Positions 33,928-42,742 of a DNA stretch of 57,472 nt are shown here, one piece after another (within the stretch, counting starts at the first letter, position 1; each line of letters starts with the position of its first letter). Below the pieces are notes generated by a model. It was not told the origin of the DNA, did no database searches, and saw nothing but the letters and a program-made list of their open reading frames with translations. The translations under genes were made by a program, and so were the position numbers. Origin of the DNA: a virus (taxonomy: Duplodnaviria > Caudoviricetes); IMG/VR virus record IMGVR_UViG_3300044648_000205, positions 1 through 57,472 of that record, one strand, 5' to 3'.

Positions 33928-34184
33928 CTCCGCCCCCGCTTCTTGGCCCTGGCACGTGCCGCGTTCCGGGCCTTCGTGATGGCCTTCTCATCGGCGCGCA
34001 GTGCCTTGCCGTGGGCCTTGGTGAGCTTCGTGTGCGCCCTCTCAAGTGCCTGTTTCGTGGTGGAGCCGGTGGCACTGGCCTGGGCCTTGGTGCCGTACTT
34101 GGTCTCGGTGGACAGGGTGGCCTTCCAGCCCTTGCCGGACTCGTCCAGGTGGGAGTGGACGTTCGGCCAAAACGGGTACCGCAT
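33924..34184 (-). CDS. Small basic protein, WP-family paralogue 3
   Basis: FWP...GWKATLST..YG...ATGSTTKQALERA. Confidence 0.75.
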   Translation of the reverse strand: MRYPFWPNVHSHLDESGKGWKATLSTETKYGTKAQASATGSTTKQALERAHTKLTKAHGKALRADEKAITKARNAARARAKKRGRR

Positions 34185-34196
34185 GGGTGTCGCCTC

Positions 34197-34667
34197 TCAG
34201 GTCTGGTGGTGCCGGTCGATGATGGAGCGGGGTACTGGCTTGCCCTGCCGGTCGTACACCACGCCGTTGATGTTCTGGCCGTCCTTCACGTTCGGGATGC
34301 CCTTGGTGAGCAGCCCTGGCGTCTTGCGCACGGGGGTGGACTCCGCCACCTTCTTCTCGGCCTCCGCCTTGCGCTCCTTGGCTGCGGCGGCACGCGCGTC
34401 GCGCTTGGCCTTGGCCTCCTGGGTGGCGATCTTCTTGGCGTCGCGCTTCGCCTTCACGGCGGCCTTGCGCTCGGCCTTAGCCGCCTTCTTGGCGGCGGCG
34501 GCGGCCTTGCGCTCGGGGGCATGAACGCTGCGGTCGTGCTTGACACCTTCGGCACGTGCCCGGGTCTTTGACTTGTCCCGGAACGTCCAAGGGCATTTCT
34601 TTTCGTTGCAGGTGGCCTGCCACTCGACGATGCCGAGTCGGTTGGTGGACTTGACGCTGAATGACAC
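34197..34667 (-). CDS. C2H2 zinc finger with Lys/Ala-rich tail
   Basis: ATCNEKKCPW...KHDRSVH then AAKK-type repeats. Confidence 0.75.
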   Translation of the reverse strand: MSFSVKSTNRLGIVEWQATCNEKKCPWTFRDKSKTRARAEGVKHDRSVHAPERKAAAAAKKAAKAERKAAVKAKRDAKKIATQEAKAKRDARAAAAKERKAEAEKKVAESTPVRKTPGLLTKGIPNVKDGQNINGVVYDRQGKPVPRSIIDRHHQT

Positions 34668-34670
34668 GGT

Positions 34671-34880
34671 CTACTTCCTCTTCCAGTGGTGTCCGTGGCT
34701 GCGAACCTTGCCGGGCAGGGCGGCCTTTGCGGCGGCGGTAGCCTTGGCCTTGTCGCGGTCCTTGCGCTTCGTCGAAACGAGGTGCTTGCAGGGCAGTTCG
34801 GTGATGGCGGTAACGCTCCACTCATCCTTGCTCGCCGAGTAGTTGGCGAGCGTTTCGCTAGCCGGCCAACGGGCGGTCAC
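34671..34880 (-). CDS. Small basic protein, WP-family paralogue 2
   Basis: RWP...EWSVTAIT..PCKHLV...DKAKATAAAKAAL..KVRSHGHH. Confidence 0.75.
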   Translation of the reverse strand: MTARWPASETLANYSASKDEWSVTAITELPCKHLVSTKRKDRDKAKATAAAKAALPGKVRSHGHHWKRK

Positions 34881-35089
34881 TTCTTCGCCTTGTGGTTTCG
34901 GTGGCCGCGCACCTTCCGCGCGAGGCTGTCCAGCGCGTCGCGCCGGGCCTTGTCGCGGTTCTCGTGGCGGCCCTTGCCCATGACAACGTGCTCGCAGCCG
35001 GGGGCGCGCGTCAGGACGTTCACCTGCCACTTGCCCTTCCGGGTGCTGTTCAGGATGAGCGTGTCGGGCCACAGGGGGACGTTCGGCAT
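34877..35089 (-). CDS. Small basic protein, WP-family paralogue 1
   Basis: LWP...KWQVNVLT..GCEHVVMGKGRHENRDKARRDAL..KVRGHRNH. Confidence 0.75.
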   Translation of the reverse strand: MPNVPLWPDTLILNSTRKGKWQVNVLTRAPGCEHVVMGKGRHENRDKARRDALDSLARKVRGHRNHKAKK

Positions 35090-35128
35090 GCGCTGGTCCT
35101 TCCGCTTCCGGTTGTTCCGTGAGATCCC

Positions 35129-35158
35129 ATAATAGCACCCCCGAGTCTACGGGGTCAA
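35129..35158 (-). promoter_or_regulatory. Cassette promoter
   Basis: TTGACC-N18-TATTAT, GGAACAAC leader, GAAGGACC RBS. Confidence 0.7.
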
Positions 35159-35167
35159 GGGGGTCAG

Positions 35168-35323
35168 TCAGGTCTTCTCGCCGTCTGCCTCACGCTGGCG
35201 CTGTAGTCGCTTCTGCGCCTGCCGGATGAGCCGGACGCGTTCGCGTGCCGCCTCGCGCTCGGCAATCAGCCTGCGGGCCTCCTGGCGGATCTGCTCGGGC
35301 GTCTTGTCGTCGTCCACGCCCAT
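35168..35323 (-). CDS. Small coiled-coil protein
   Basis: MGVDDDKTPEQIRQEARRL... Confidence 0.55.
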   Translation of the reverse strand: MGVDDDKTPEQIRQEARRLIAEREAARERVRLIRQAQKRLQRQREADGEKT

Positions 35324-35325
35324 GG

Positions 35326-35451
35326 CTACCCCTGCAGCCCCATGATGGCGGCCACGGCGATGGAGACGGCGACCACGGCCCGGCGGGTGCGCGCGTACGG
35401 CTGGCGCCGATGCCGGCCGTAGGTCTCTGGGCGTCGCCGGTGCGCGGCCAT
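35326..35451 (-). CDS. Small basic/hydrophobic peptide
   Basis: TGATG-coupled; C-terminal hydrophobic stretch. Confidence 0.45.
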   Translation of the reverse strand: MAAHRRRPETYGRHRRQPYARTRRAVVAVSIAVAAIMGLQG

Positions 35452-35879
35452 CAGTCGTCAGCCTTCCGCACCTCGGGCAGGGCGGCGTACCGGCCGAACT
35501 GGTCGCGGCGCAGCTGTTCGTCCCGCAAGCGCCGCACGGCCAGCTCGGCGAGCGACAGGGCCATGGACACGTCCCGGTCGCTCAGGTGCTCCCACGCACC
35601 TCGGGCACCGGTCACCGAGTACACGTCCGAGGACAGTTGGATGACCACGTCGCGGGACACGTACACCATCTCGGGCATGCTCTCCGGGTCCACGTAGACG
35701 CGCCCCAGGGGCATGCTGTCGACGTGCCGAACCTCCCAGTGAGCCGGGCTGATGTTCGGCAGGGCGAGCTGGTCGGCCACCGGAACCGTGACCGTCGCGC
35801 CGGAATTCTGGTAGACCTCCACTCTGCGGCCATGACCGACGGCGGTCCACGTGCAGTTGGGGACAGTCTGCATGCTCAT
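35451..35879 (-). CDS. Hypothetical protein
   Basis: ATGA-coupled, GAGGAG RBS. Confidence 0.7.
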   Translation of the reverse strand: MSMQTVPNCTWTAVGHGRRVEVYQNSGATVTVPVADQLALPNISPAHWEVRHVDSMPLGRVYVDPESMPEMVYVSRDVVIQLSSDVYSVTGARGAWEHLSDRDVSMALSLAELAVRRLRDEQLRRDQFGRYAALPEVRKADD

Positions 35880-36166
35880 GCGGACTCCTCGGGCTCGTGA
35901 ACGGTCCAGTCCATGTCCTGGACGTTGGGGTACTCCACGTTCAGGCCCAGCTCGATCTCGCCAGGCACGCTGGTTCCAGCCAGGAACCACTCGTTCAGGT
36001 GGCCAGCGGTCCAGTAGTAGCAACCGGCGTCGCACTCGACCGGCTCTCGCTTCTCGCAGACCAGGCGGTGAGTCTCGTACGCCAGTCGGTCGCCGAGCGC
36101 CGCCGGCTCCAGGTCGGCGTCGGCCAGCGGCCACGCCTGCGGGTCCAGGGTCGCAGCGTCCATCAC
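35876..36166 (-). CDS. Hypothetical protein
   Basis: Coupled ORF. Confidence 0.7.
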   Translation of the reverse strand: MMDAATLDPQAWPLADADLEPAALGDRLAYETHRLVCEKREPVECDAGCYYWTAGHLNEWFLAGTSVPGEIELGLNVEYPNVQDMDWTVHEPEESA

Positions 36167-36714
36167 GGCACCTGGAAGTTGCCGGCCGTGTCGTACGGGA
36201 TGGCCAGACCGGCGTCGATCCGCTCGGCCAGGGCGAGCAGGGCGCGCAGCTGCGGGAGGGTGACCTGTGCGGTGGTCGAGTTGCCCTTGCCGTCCACGTC
36301 CTCGGCCTCGACGGTGAGCAGCATGGGCGTGGGGTCATCCTGGCGCGCGGACTGCCCGAGGCTGACGCGGGCGTCGCCGTTGCCGCCGTCGGTGGTCGCG
36401 ACAGCCCACTTGGGCCACGGGCTGGGCGTGTACTCCTCGCGGGTCAGGCGGTCGATCGGCCACCGGTAGTCCTTCGCGGCCTCGGCCGCCTCGCGGTACG
36501 CCTGGTCGGCGAGCTGGCCCGCCATGTGGACGTTCGCCTGCGCCAGCTCACGGGCGGCCAGCAGGCGCGTGCAGGCCGCCTCATACCGGGCGACCGCGCC
36601 GGGCAGGTCGTTCTTCCGCAGGGAGTCGCGGGCGGCGTCGCCCATGGCGAGCGCCTGGGCGTACAGGTTGTCCTCGACGCGTGAGTAGCGGCCGAGTGTG
36701 TCGGGGCTGGTCAT
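36163..36714 (-). CDS. Hypothetical protein
   Basis: 183 aa behind promoter, GAAGGA RBS. Confidence 0.75.
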   Translation of the reverse strand: MTSPDTLGRYSRVEDNLYAQALAMGDAARDSLRKNDLPGAVARYEAACTRLLAARELAQANVHMAGQLADQAYREAAEAAKDYRWPIDRLTREEYTPSPWPKWAVATTDGGNGDARVSLGQSARQDDPTPMLLTVEAEDVDGKGNSTTAQVTLPQLRALLALAERIDAGLAIPYDTAGNFQVP

Positions 36715-36747
36715 CGGGTGTTCCTTCCGGGTGGGGTTGCAGGAGTG

Positions 36748-36776
36748 ACCTTACCCCCTACTGAGTGGGGTGTCAA
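36748..36776 (-). promoter_or_regulatory. Cassette promoter
   Basis: TTGACA-N17-TAAGGT. Confidence 0.75.
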
Positions 36777-36973
36777 ACCTGGCCGCCGTGTCGGCGCAGC
36801 ATGGCCTTCGCATTATCGATGGAGCGGATGTCACTTGGCGTGGAGGGTAGGAATATCAGCTGGCCGTCCGGTGCTTTCACGCGGTAGTGACCGTTCCGGA
36901 ATGTCACCTCCCAGCCTTGTCGTTTGACCGCTTTTATCAGACCGCTCATCTTCTTGCGGTTGTCTTGCGCCAT
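36773..36973 (-). CDS. HicA-like toxin / dsRBD-fold protein
   Basis: LIKAVKRQGWEV...NGHYRVKAPDG...PSTPSD.RS..N....LRRHG; AGGAGG RBS. Confidence 0.75.
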   Translation of the reverse strand: MAQDNRKKMSGLIKAVKRQGWEVTFRNGHYRVKAPDGQLIFLPSTPSDIRSIDNAKAMLRRHGGQV

Positions 36974-37039
36974 TGTTTCCTCCTGATAAAATGGAACACC
37001 CGGGCGCGCTACGGTTGGCATTCGCGCGCCCGGGTGGCT

Positions 37040-37177
37040 CTACTTCTTCTTGCGGTGCTTTCCGGCCTTCTTCTTGGGCTTCTTGTCGATGGGCGGCGCC
37101 TTTTCGATCATTCGAAGAGCGAACGTCAGGTGCGGGTATCGGCGCGTCCGGTCGTTGTCGATGCGGCGCTTGGGCAT
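37040..37177 (-). CDS. Very basic 45-aa peptide
   Basis: MPKRRIDNDR...KKPKKKAGKHRKKK. Confidence 0.55.
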   Translation of the reverse strand: MPKRRIDNDRTRRYPHLTFALRMIEKAPPIDKKPKKKAGKHRKKK

Positions 37178-37179
37178 GC

Positions 37180-37518
37180 TCAGTCCCCTAGGTTGACGGC
37201 AAGGCCGCCGACGGTACGGAGGAACGACAGCACCTCGGCGACCACCTCCTTCTCGCCGGCCAGCGGCACGGACCACGGCCGGTACTTCATGACCTGCTCG
37301 CCCCGGAATGCCAGCCACGCGCTGACATGGTCCCGGCCGGCTTCGTGGCGCACCTGGATGGAGTACACCCCACTGTGGCGCTCGTAGACCTTCAGGCCCT
37401 CGACAGGCTCCCGCTCGACGAAGCCGGCGTGGATGAGCCGGACGCCCAGCGAGTACGTGCGCAGGTGCTGCGGCCCGACGTGCCCGAGCTGTTCGGCGAT
37501 CACTCGGGCGGTGCTCAT
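37180..37518 (-). CDS. Hypothetical protein
   Basis: ATGA-coupled, 112 aa. Confidence 0.7.
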   Translation of the reverse strand: MSTARVIAEQLGHVGPQHLRTYSLGVRLIHAGFVEREPVEGLKVYERHSGVYSIQVRHEAGRDHVSAWLAFRGEQVMKYRPWSVPLAGEKEVVAEVLSFLRTVGGLAVNLGD

Positions 37519-37997
37519 GCCGGGTTGCTGCCGGGTGCGGTTCCGCGCAGCTCGGCCAGGATGAACCCGGCCTCCTGCGACCAGGCTTCGGCCGCTTCAG
37601 GGGTGTCGTGCCACGCCTGGAAGATGACCGTCGTGGCGTTGTTGTTGTGCTGGCTGACGCGGTAGCTGTAGGCGTGGACCCGCTTCATGGCCATGCCTGC
37701 CCAGGAGTTCAGTAGCTGATCGCGGTCGCGGTCCGAGGGGGCGCCGCTCCAGGTGGTCTTCAGTCCGATGGTGGCGCGGCCGACGTGCTTACCGATCCGC
37801 TCGAGGCCGGGGGCGACCCACGCGGGAATGCCGTCCACTGACCCGGTGATCGCTGTGGACATCAGCTCCATGAACGCTTCCGGGTCCATGGAGACTTCCA
37901 GCATGGTGATGCCGCTGGCCACTTCTCTAATAACCAGGCGCTTGCTCGTGCTGTCGCCGGTGAGTTGGAGCTGCACGTGGATGTTGGGGGCTGGCAT
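37515..37997 (-). CDS. Hypothetical protein
   Basis: ATG after GAAGGACC behind promoter. Confidence 0.75.
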   Translation of the reverse strand: MPAPNIHVQLQLTGDSTSKRLVIREVASGITMLEVSMDPEAFMELMSTAITGSVDGIPAWVAPGLERIGKHVGRATIGLKTTWSGAPSDRDRDQLLNSWAGMAMKRVHAYSYRVSQHNNNATTVIFQAWHDTPEAAEAWSQEAGFILAELRGTAPGSNPA

Positions 37998-38030
37998 GTG
38001 CGGTCCTTCCGGTTCGGGTGTTCCGGCACC

Positions 38031-38059
38031 ACTGTACCCCCTACAGCATGGGGAGTCAA
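38031..38059 (-). promoter_or_regulatory. Cassette promoter
   Basis: TTGACT-N17-TACAGT. Confidence 0.8.
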
Positions 38060-38521
38060 TCATGTGGGCAGGCCCTTTTCCTCCCGCCTCTTGATCACGT
38101 TCTGCACGGCTTTGGTGTCCGGGCGATACACCCTGCCAGCCGGTGAACGCCACTTCCCGTCCTCGAACTTGGTCCACGCCTCGGGCGGGTGCGACTTGAT
38201 CCGCGTCGTCCGGCCGGTGCGGACGCGGCGCTGCTGGCTGGCTGCCAGCGGGTCGCCGGCCACGTGAGTGGTCATCGAGTCCAGGTCGTAGGCGGCGCCC
38301 CGGGCGAGCGCGTAGGAGGCACAGGAGACCTCCACAAACGCCTCCTGGACAGCGCGGGCGAACTGGTGGGGTGTCGCCACCACGGCGGCCCAGCCACGCG
38401 CGTGCGGCGTGCTCAGGCGCAGCCGGCCACCGTCCAGCGATTCGACCTGCAGCGCGATGGCGCGCACCCGCTGGCCGGTCGGCCGGGGCGGCAGGGGCTG
38501 ACTGCTGCTGTTGATGTGCAC
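38060..38521 (-). CDS. Hypothetical protein downstream of terminase
   Basis: 153 aa; DGKWRSPAGRVY. Confidence 0.7.
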   Translation of the reverse strand: MHINSSSQPLPPRPTGQRVRAIALQVESLDGGRLRLSTPHARGWAAVVATPHQFARAVQEAFVEVSCASYALARGAAYDLDSMTTHVAGDPLAASQQRRVRTGRTTRIKSHPPEAWTKFEDGKWRSPAGRVYRPDTKAVQNVIKRREEKGLPT

Positions 38522-38523
38522 GG

Positions 38524-40137
38524 CTACCTCACACTCGTGGTGGGCATCTGCATGCGGGCCGGGCCGCCTTGATGCCGGGAGATGGTGGCGTGGGCCGAGA
38601 GGATCTCAGTGCCGCTGCCCTGGTCGTCGAGGTAGAGCACGGCGTACACGAGCGCGTCGAGCCGGTCGGGGCTCTCGGGCTTGCTCGCCTCCCACACGCA
38701 CAACTGGTCTTCGAGGATCTTGTGCTCACCGACGTGGTGAACGTTGCGCTTCTCGTAGAGGGCCGACGCGGGCTCGGCACGCACCCGCTTGGCCTTCTTC
38801 GCGCGGACCGTGTCGGTGGCGATCGAGCCGGGCCGGCGGCCGGCGATCTCCAGCTGGGCGTCGAGCATGCCGGGGATGTAGTCACCACCGTTGTTGACTT
38901 CGACGATGACCGAGTTGGCGCCCCACCGGTCGTAGGTCTCGATGACCGTATCCATGACAGTGGCCGGCGACTCTCGCAGGGAGGCGTCTTCGAGGACGTA
39001 CATCTGCCCGTCGGTGGCCAGGCCCACCACGATCAGGCCGGTTTCGTCGGCGTCTTCGCCGGACGTGACGGCGGGGTCAATGCCGATCACGATCTTGACC
39101 AGCTGGATGCCGTGAATGGCGAGCGCCAGGTAGACGCGGGCGGTGTGCCGGATGCGGTCGGCCTCGTCCGGGTCGGCGCCGTCCGGGATCTCCACCGGGA
39201 TCTCGAGGGCTTCGGGCAACGGGACGCGCTCGAGGTCGAGCCAGGACCGCTTCCACAGGGCGCCGGGGATGTCGTCGAGGAGGTCTCCGCCGAGTTCCTG
39301 GCGGCCGAGCCGGGTGCCGTCGTACTTCTTGTGCAGTGCCCGCAGGGTGACAGTGGGCAGGTTGGCCGCGTTGTCGTCGGTAGTGCCCCGGCTGGTGATG
39401 CACCGGGGGTCGACAAGGAGTTCCTTGATCAGGTGCAGCGGGAGGGGCGTGGTGGTGGCCACGCACTGCGGGTGCCGGCCGAGGCGCAGGCCGAACTTCA
39501 TCATGTCCCACGCGTCGGGGGCGTCGCGGGCAACCTGTGCGAGTTCCTCGACCCACGCGAAGTGGTGCTGCGGGCCACGCAGGCGGGCGGGCTTCTCGGC
39601 GCTGAACAGCTTGGCACGCGAACCGGTCGAGTGGATCTTGATCTCACCCAGCGAGCGGTTCCACGTGTAGTCACCCCCGGAGCGCTTCGGCCCCTCGACC
39701 CAACCCCACCGGTCGAACACGGCCAGCAGGCCGGACTCGCCCTCCACGCAAGTATCGCGGGCGTCGGCGTAGGTGGGCGCCAGGATGCACACTCGCCAGC
39801 GGGATTCGGTGGCGAGCTTCTCGGCCGCGAGTTCGGCGGCGGAGCGGGTCTTGCCGCAGCCACGGCCGGCGAGGAACAGCCAGTCGTCCCAGTCGCCGTA
39901 GGGCTCGCGCTGCTCGGGCCGGCACGCCGAGCACGAGTGACAGCGGTGGCAGTCCTCCCCGTGGATGTGGCACGCACGGTCGGGGCCACGCCAGTTGGGC
40001 GCCAGGCCGGGGGTCGGGAACTTGGCGGGGTCGCGACAGTCGGACTCGCGCCAGTCGGTGATCAGCGCCAGGAACGCGGGCCGGATGCGCTGGCGGCTCC
40101 GGTCCAGGATGCGATCGGCGAGGGCGGCGAGCGGCAC
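38524..40137 (-). CDS. terL: Terminase large subunit
   Basis: Walker A AGRGCGKT, LRGPQHHFAWVEE, IGIDPA, VEVNNGG, SPDRLDALVYA. Confidence 0.95.
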   Translation of the reverse strand: MPLAALADRILDRSRQRIRPAFLALITDWRESDCRDPAKFPTPGLAPNWRGPDRACHIHGEDCHRCHSCSACRPEQREPYGDWDDWLFLAGRGCGKTRSAAELAAEKLATESRWRVCILAPTYADARDTCVEGESGLLAVFDRWGWVEGPKRSGGDYTWNRSLGEIKIHSTGSRAKLFSAEKPARLRGPQHHFAWVEELAQVARDAPDAWDMMKFGLRLGRHPQCVATTTPLPLHLIKELLVDPRCITSRGTTDDNAANLPTVTLRALHKKYDGTRLGRQELGGDLLDDIPGALWKRSWLDLERVPLPEALEIPVEIPDGADPDEADRIRHTARVYLALAIHGIQLVKIVIGIDPAVTSGEDADETGLIVVGLATDGQMYVLEDASLRESPATVMDTVIETYDRWGANSVIVEVNNGGDYIPGMLDAQLEIAGRRPGSIATDTVRAKKAKRVRAEPASALYEKRNVHHVGEHKILEDQLCVWEASKPESPDRLDALVYAVLYLDDQGSGTEILSAHATISRHQGGPARMQMPTTSVR

Positions 40138-40141
40138 GCGG

Positions 40142-40723
40142 TCAGCCCACGAGCGACAGGTGGCGGCTGAAGCTGCGGGCGATGCGCTCCTTGGTGTCGG
40201 CGTCCTTCATGGTGAGTCCGGCCTCTTCGAACGCGGCGAACAGGCCCTCTTCGATCATCTTGGCCTGACGCTCTTCGATGGCGGCCAGCCGCTCGTCGAT
40301 GTTCAGCTTGGCGATCACGCCGAGGGTGGCGACGCACCGGTCCAGGGCGCGCTCGTAGAGGACGAGTTCGGCGCGCAGCTGCTCGGTACCGATGTCGCTC
40401 TGATACCGGTGGGTGCCCTTCAGCTCGGCGACCTTCTCGTACAGGAAGTCCTTCCACGCTACGGCTTCGCCGGCCAGCTGACTCAACGCGGTGAGCGGGT
40501 CGCCCACGGGGACGATGTTGAGCTTGGCCACGGCGTTGCGGGCCTTCTCTTCCAGCTCGCGCTCGGCGGCCTTGTTCTTGGCCGCCGGTGACGCGCCGCC
40601 GTGCAGCCGGCAGACGGTGAAGTTGCGCGGAGGGGTGTTCTGGCAACGGGTGCCGGTGCTCCGCTTCTTCGCGGTGCAGGTCGGTCGGCCGTCCCGGGGA
40701 GGGTTCTTCCTCGTGTCCGTCAT
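40142..40723 (-). CDS. Putative terminase small subunit
   Basis: CTAKKRSTGTRC...CRLHGG motif, directly upstream of terL. Confidence 0.7.
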   Translation of the reverse strand: MTDTRKNPPRDGRPTCTAKKRSTGTRCQNTPPRNFTVCRLHGGASPAAKNKAAERELEEKARNAVAKLNIVPVGDPLTALSQLAGEAVAWKDFLYEKVAELKGTHRYQSDIGTEQLRAELVLYERALDRCVATLGVIAKLNIDERLAAIEERQAKMIEEGLFAAFEEAGLTMKDADTKERIARSFSRHLSLVG

Positions 40724-40790
40724 GCCGCTACTCCTCCCGTGGTGACCGTGTCAACCTGACTTGATCAGATTACCCCACGGTCAGCCGGGG

Positions 40791-41255
40791 TCAGAGGCGC
40801 GACGCGGCGGTGAGTGTGGCACAGGGTGACGGCTCGGGGTGCGGCAGCAGGAAATCGCTGGCGTCGTAGAGGGACAGGACAACGCGGGGGCGGCCACCCA
40901 CGAACGGGTCGAGATCCTTGGGGATGCACCGTTGAGCCGTTAACCGAACGTGATGGCCCGAGTCGTTTTCCAGAACCCCGGCAAGTTGCAACCCGTCTAG
41001 GCAGCGCTTCAGCGTGGGTGCGATGTTGTCGGAGTCGATAGCCCGCCGGGTGCGGTGGTACCAGGAAAGCACCGCGACGACCGGCACGGCGATCGGCGGG
41101 AGCTTCAGCTGCCGGGCGATCATGGCCGTGTCGTCGCGTACCGACGCCTTCGTGCGCATCTGGCCGCGCAGGCTGCTGCTGTCGTTGGCCATCAACAGGG
41201 GACGCTCCCAGGGCAGCGTCAGGTGCCAGATGGGCCGGTGTTCCCAGCTGGTCAC
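40791..41255 (-). CDS. RusA-like Holliday junction resolvase
   Basis: DSDNIAPTLKRCLDGLQLAGVLENDS. Confidence 0.8.
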   Translation of the reverse strand: MTSWEHRPIWHLTLPWERPLLMANDSSSLRGQMRTKASVRDDTAMIARQLKLPPIAVPVVAVLSWYHRTRRAIDSDNIAPTLKRCLDGLQLAGVLENDSGHHVRLTAQRCIPKDLDPFVGGRPRVVLSLYDASDFLLPHPEPSPCATLTAASRL

Positions 41256-42082
41256 TGGGCCTTCAGGTAGGCGGGCGCCTCCTGCTCAGCGTTGGGCCAC
41301 GGGATGGAGTCGATGGCCGCCTGGGAGATCACCACCGGAATGCCGAGCATGCCGACGAGCACGTGGTAGAGGTTGCCCCACGGGACGTAGCTGCGGGTCA
41401 CCGTGCCTTCCATGGTGGGATCGGCCTTGACGAGGAACACGTGGTCGCCGTAGGCCAACCCCTGCGGGCGAGCGTTCGTCTCCGAGCCAGGCACAACCAC
41501 GCGGCTGTCGCCACGCATCAGCTTGATCATGTTCTCCTCCATCGGGTCGGGCTCGGCGGGTGGCGTGGGCTGCTTGATGCCCATCGCGTCGGCGAGTGCG
41601 AGAGCGACCCGGTCGGGGCCGTCGGGTGCGTGCAGCAGGGCGCGGTCGTCGAGACTGGTGAGGAACCCGGCCTCGAGGATGAACGCAGCCCGATTGCCTT
41701 CGGAGCGCGCGATCCTGGTGCCGTAGTAGCCGGCCAGGGCCGACGTGTAGTTGTCGGTGCGGAAGCTGGGCCAGCCGCGCCGCGAGTAGGCGGCCTTCCA
41801 TGCGTGGCCGAACGCCTGGCCCTCGGGCGTGGCGTAGCCGATGCTGGCTCCGCGTGCGCCGGGATGGATGGAGCCGTCACAGTGGACAGCGGCGAACGCG
41901 TCCCCTCGGTACTGGGCGGCGGGCGCGTCGGCCAGGATGCGGCGCACCGCCCAGCCGTTGCGGCCGTCGATGTACCGGTAGGCGGCGTCACCCACGGCCG
42001 TGGCGAACTGCTGCTCACCTGTGGTGCCGGTGGCGCCGGTGGTGCGGTAGCAGTGCCCCTGCTGGAGGACAAGGAGGGACAC
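41252..42082 (-). CDS. Endolysin, N-acetylmuramoyl-L-alanine amidase (Amidase_3-like)
   Basis: QQGH...GE, AVHCDG and ILEAGFLTS zinc-amidase motifs. Confidence 0.85.
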   Translation of the reverse strand: MSLLVLQQGHCYRTTGATGTTGEQQFATAVGDAAYRYIDGRNGWAVRRILADAPAAQYRGDAFAAVHCDGSIHPGARGASIGYATPEGQAFGHAWKAAYSRRGWPSFRTDNYTSALAGYYGTRIARSEGNRAAFILEAGFLTSLDDRALLHAPDGPDRVALALADAMGIKQPTPPAEPDPMEENMIKLMRGDSRVVVPGSETNARPQGLAYGDHVFLVKADPTMEGTVTRSYVPWGNLYHVLVGMLGIPVVISQAAIDSIPWPNAEQEAPAYLKAQ

Positions 42083-42303
42083 TACAGCTCCCCCCGATCG
42101 ACGGACTCGCGCACGCTCTCGTCGAGCTGGAGGATCTCCTCGGACGTGAACGGATCGCCGTCGGTGTCGAGGTCGGCCAGCAGGGGCGGCGCGTTCGTGC
42201 GCCCCGGGTCGGCGAAGGTGGCGATACTGCGCGCGTCCGGCAGCCGGTGGTCGCCCTCGGGTCCGTGGCTGTGCTCGCTGTTCGCGAGGTGCTCGTGGGT
42301 CAC
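42082..42303 (-). CDS. Small acidic hypothetical protein
   Basis: GTGA-coupled, GGAGGAG RBS. Confidence 0.5.
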   Translation of the reverse strand: MTHEHLANSEHSHGPEGDHRLPDARSIATFADPGRTNAPPLLADLDTDGDPFTSEEILQLDESVRESVDRGEL

Positions 42304-42728
42304 GTCAGCTCCTCCACCATCGATCGAACGGACGGACCCGATTCCTGCCAGCCGCTCGGGCCGTAGATGAACCGGTGCTCGCGTCCCTCGGAGCATCGCA
42401 CGTTGGCGATGCGGGGGGCGCCGGTGGCCTGGGTGGACAGGAGGCGCTCGGTGTACTCGCGGTCGCGGCCCAGCTGCAACAGCCAGCGCAGCAGGGCGCC
42501 GAAGAACAGAGCCTCGACGGCCAGCAGCGCCCAGTCCCACGGCGATTTGGTGACGGCCGTGGTGACGGCGGTGGCTGCGAACAGCAGCAGGAATGCGCCG
42601 AGCAGGACCACCTCTGACCACCAGGCGCGACGCCACGCGCCGGCGGTCTCGTCGCGCAGGTGGCCGGCGTAGGCGCGAGCCCAGTAGTAGGCATCCTTGA
42701 TCATGGAGGGCTTGGCGTGATCGGGCAT
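42300..42728 (-). CDS. Two-TM membrane protein
   Basis: MPDHAKPS...; two hydrophobic helices. Confidence 0.7.
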   Translation of the reverse strand: MPDHAKPSMIKDAYYWARAYAGHLRDETAGAWRRAWWSEVVLLGAFLLLFAATAVTTAVTKSPWDWALLAVEALFFGALLRWLLQLGRDREYTERLLSTQATGAPRIANVRCSEGREHRFIYGPSGWQESGPSVRSMVEELT

Positions 42729-42742
42729 CGGGTGTGCCTTCC

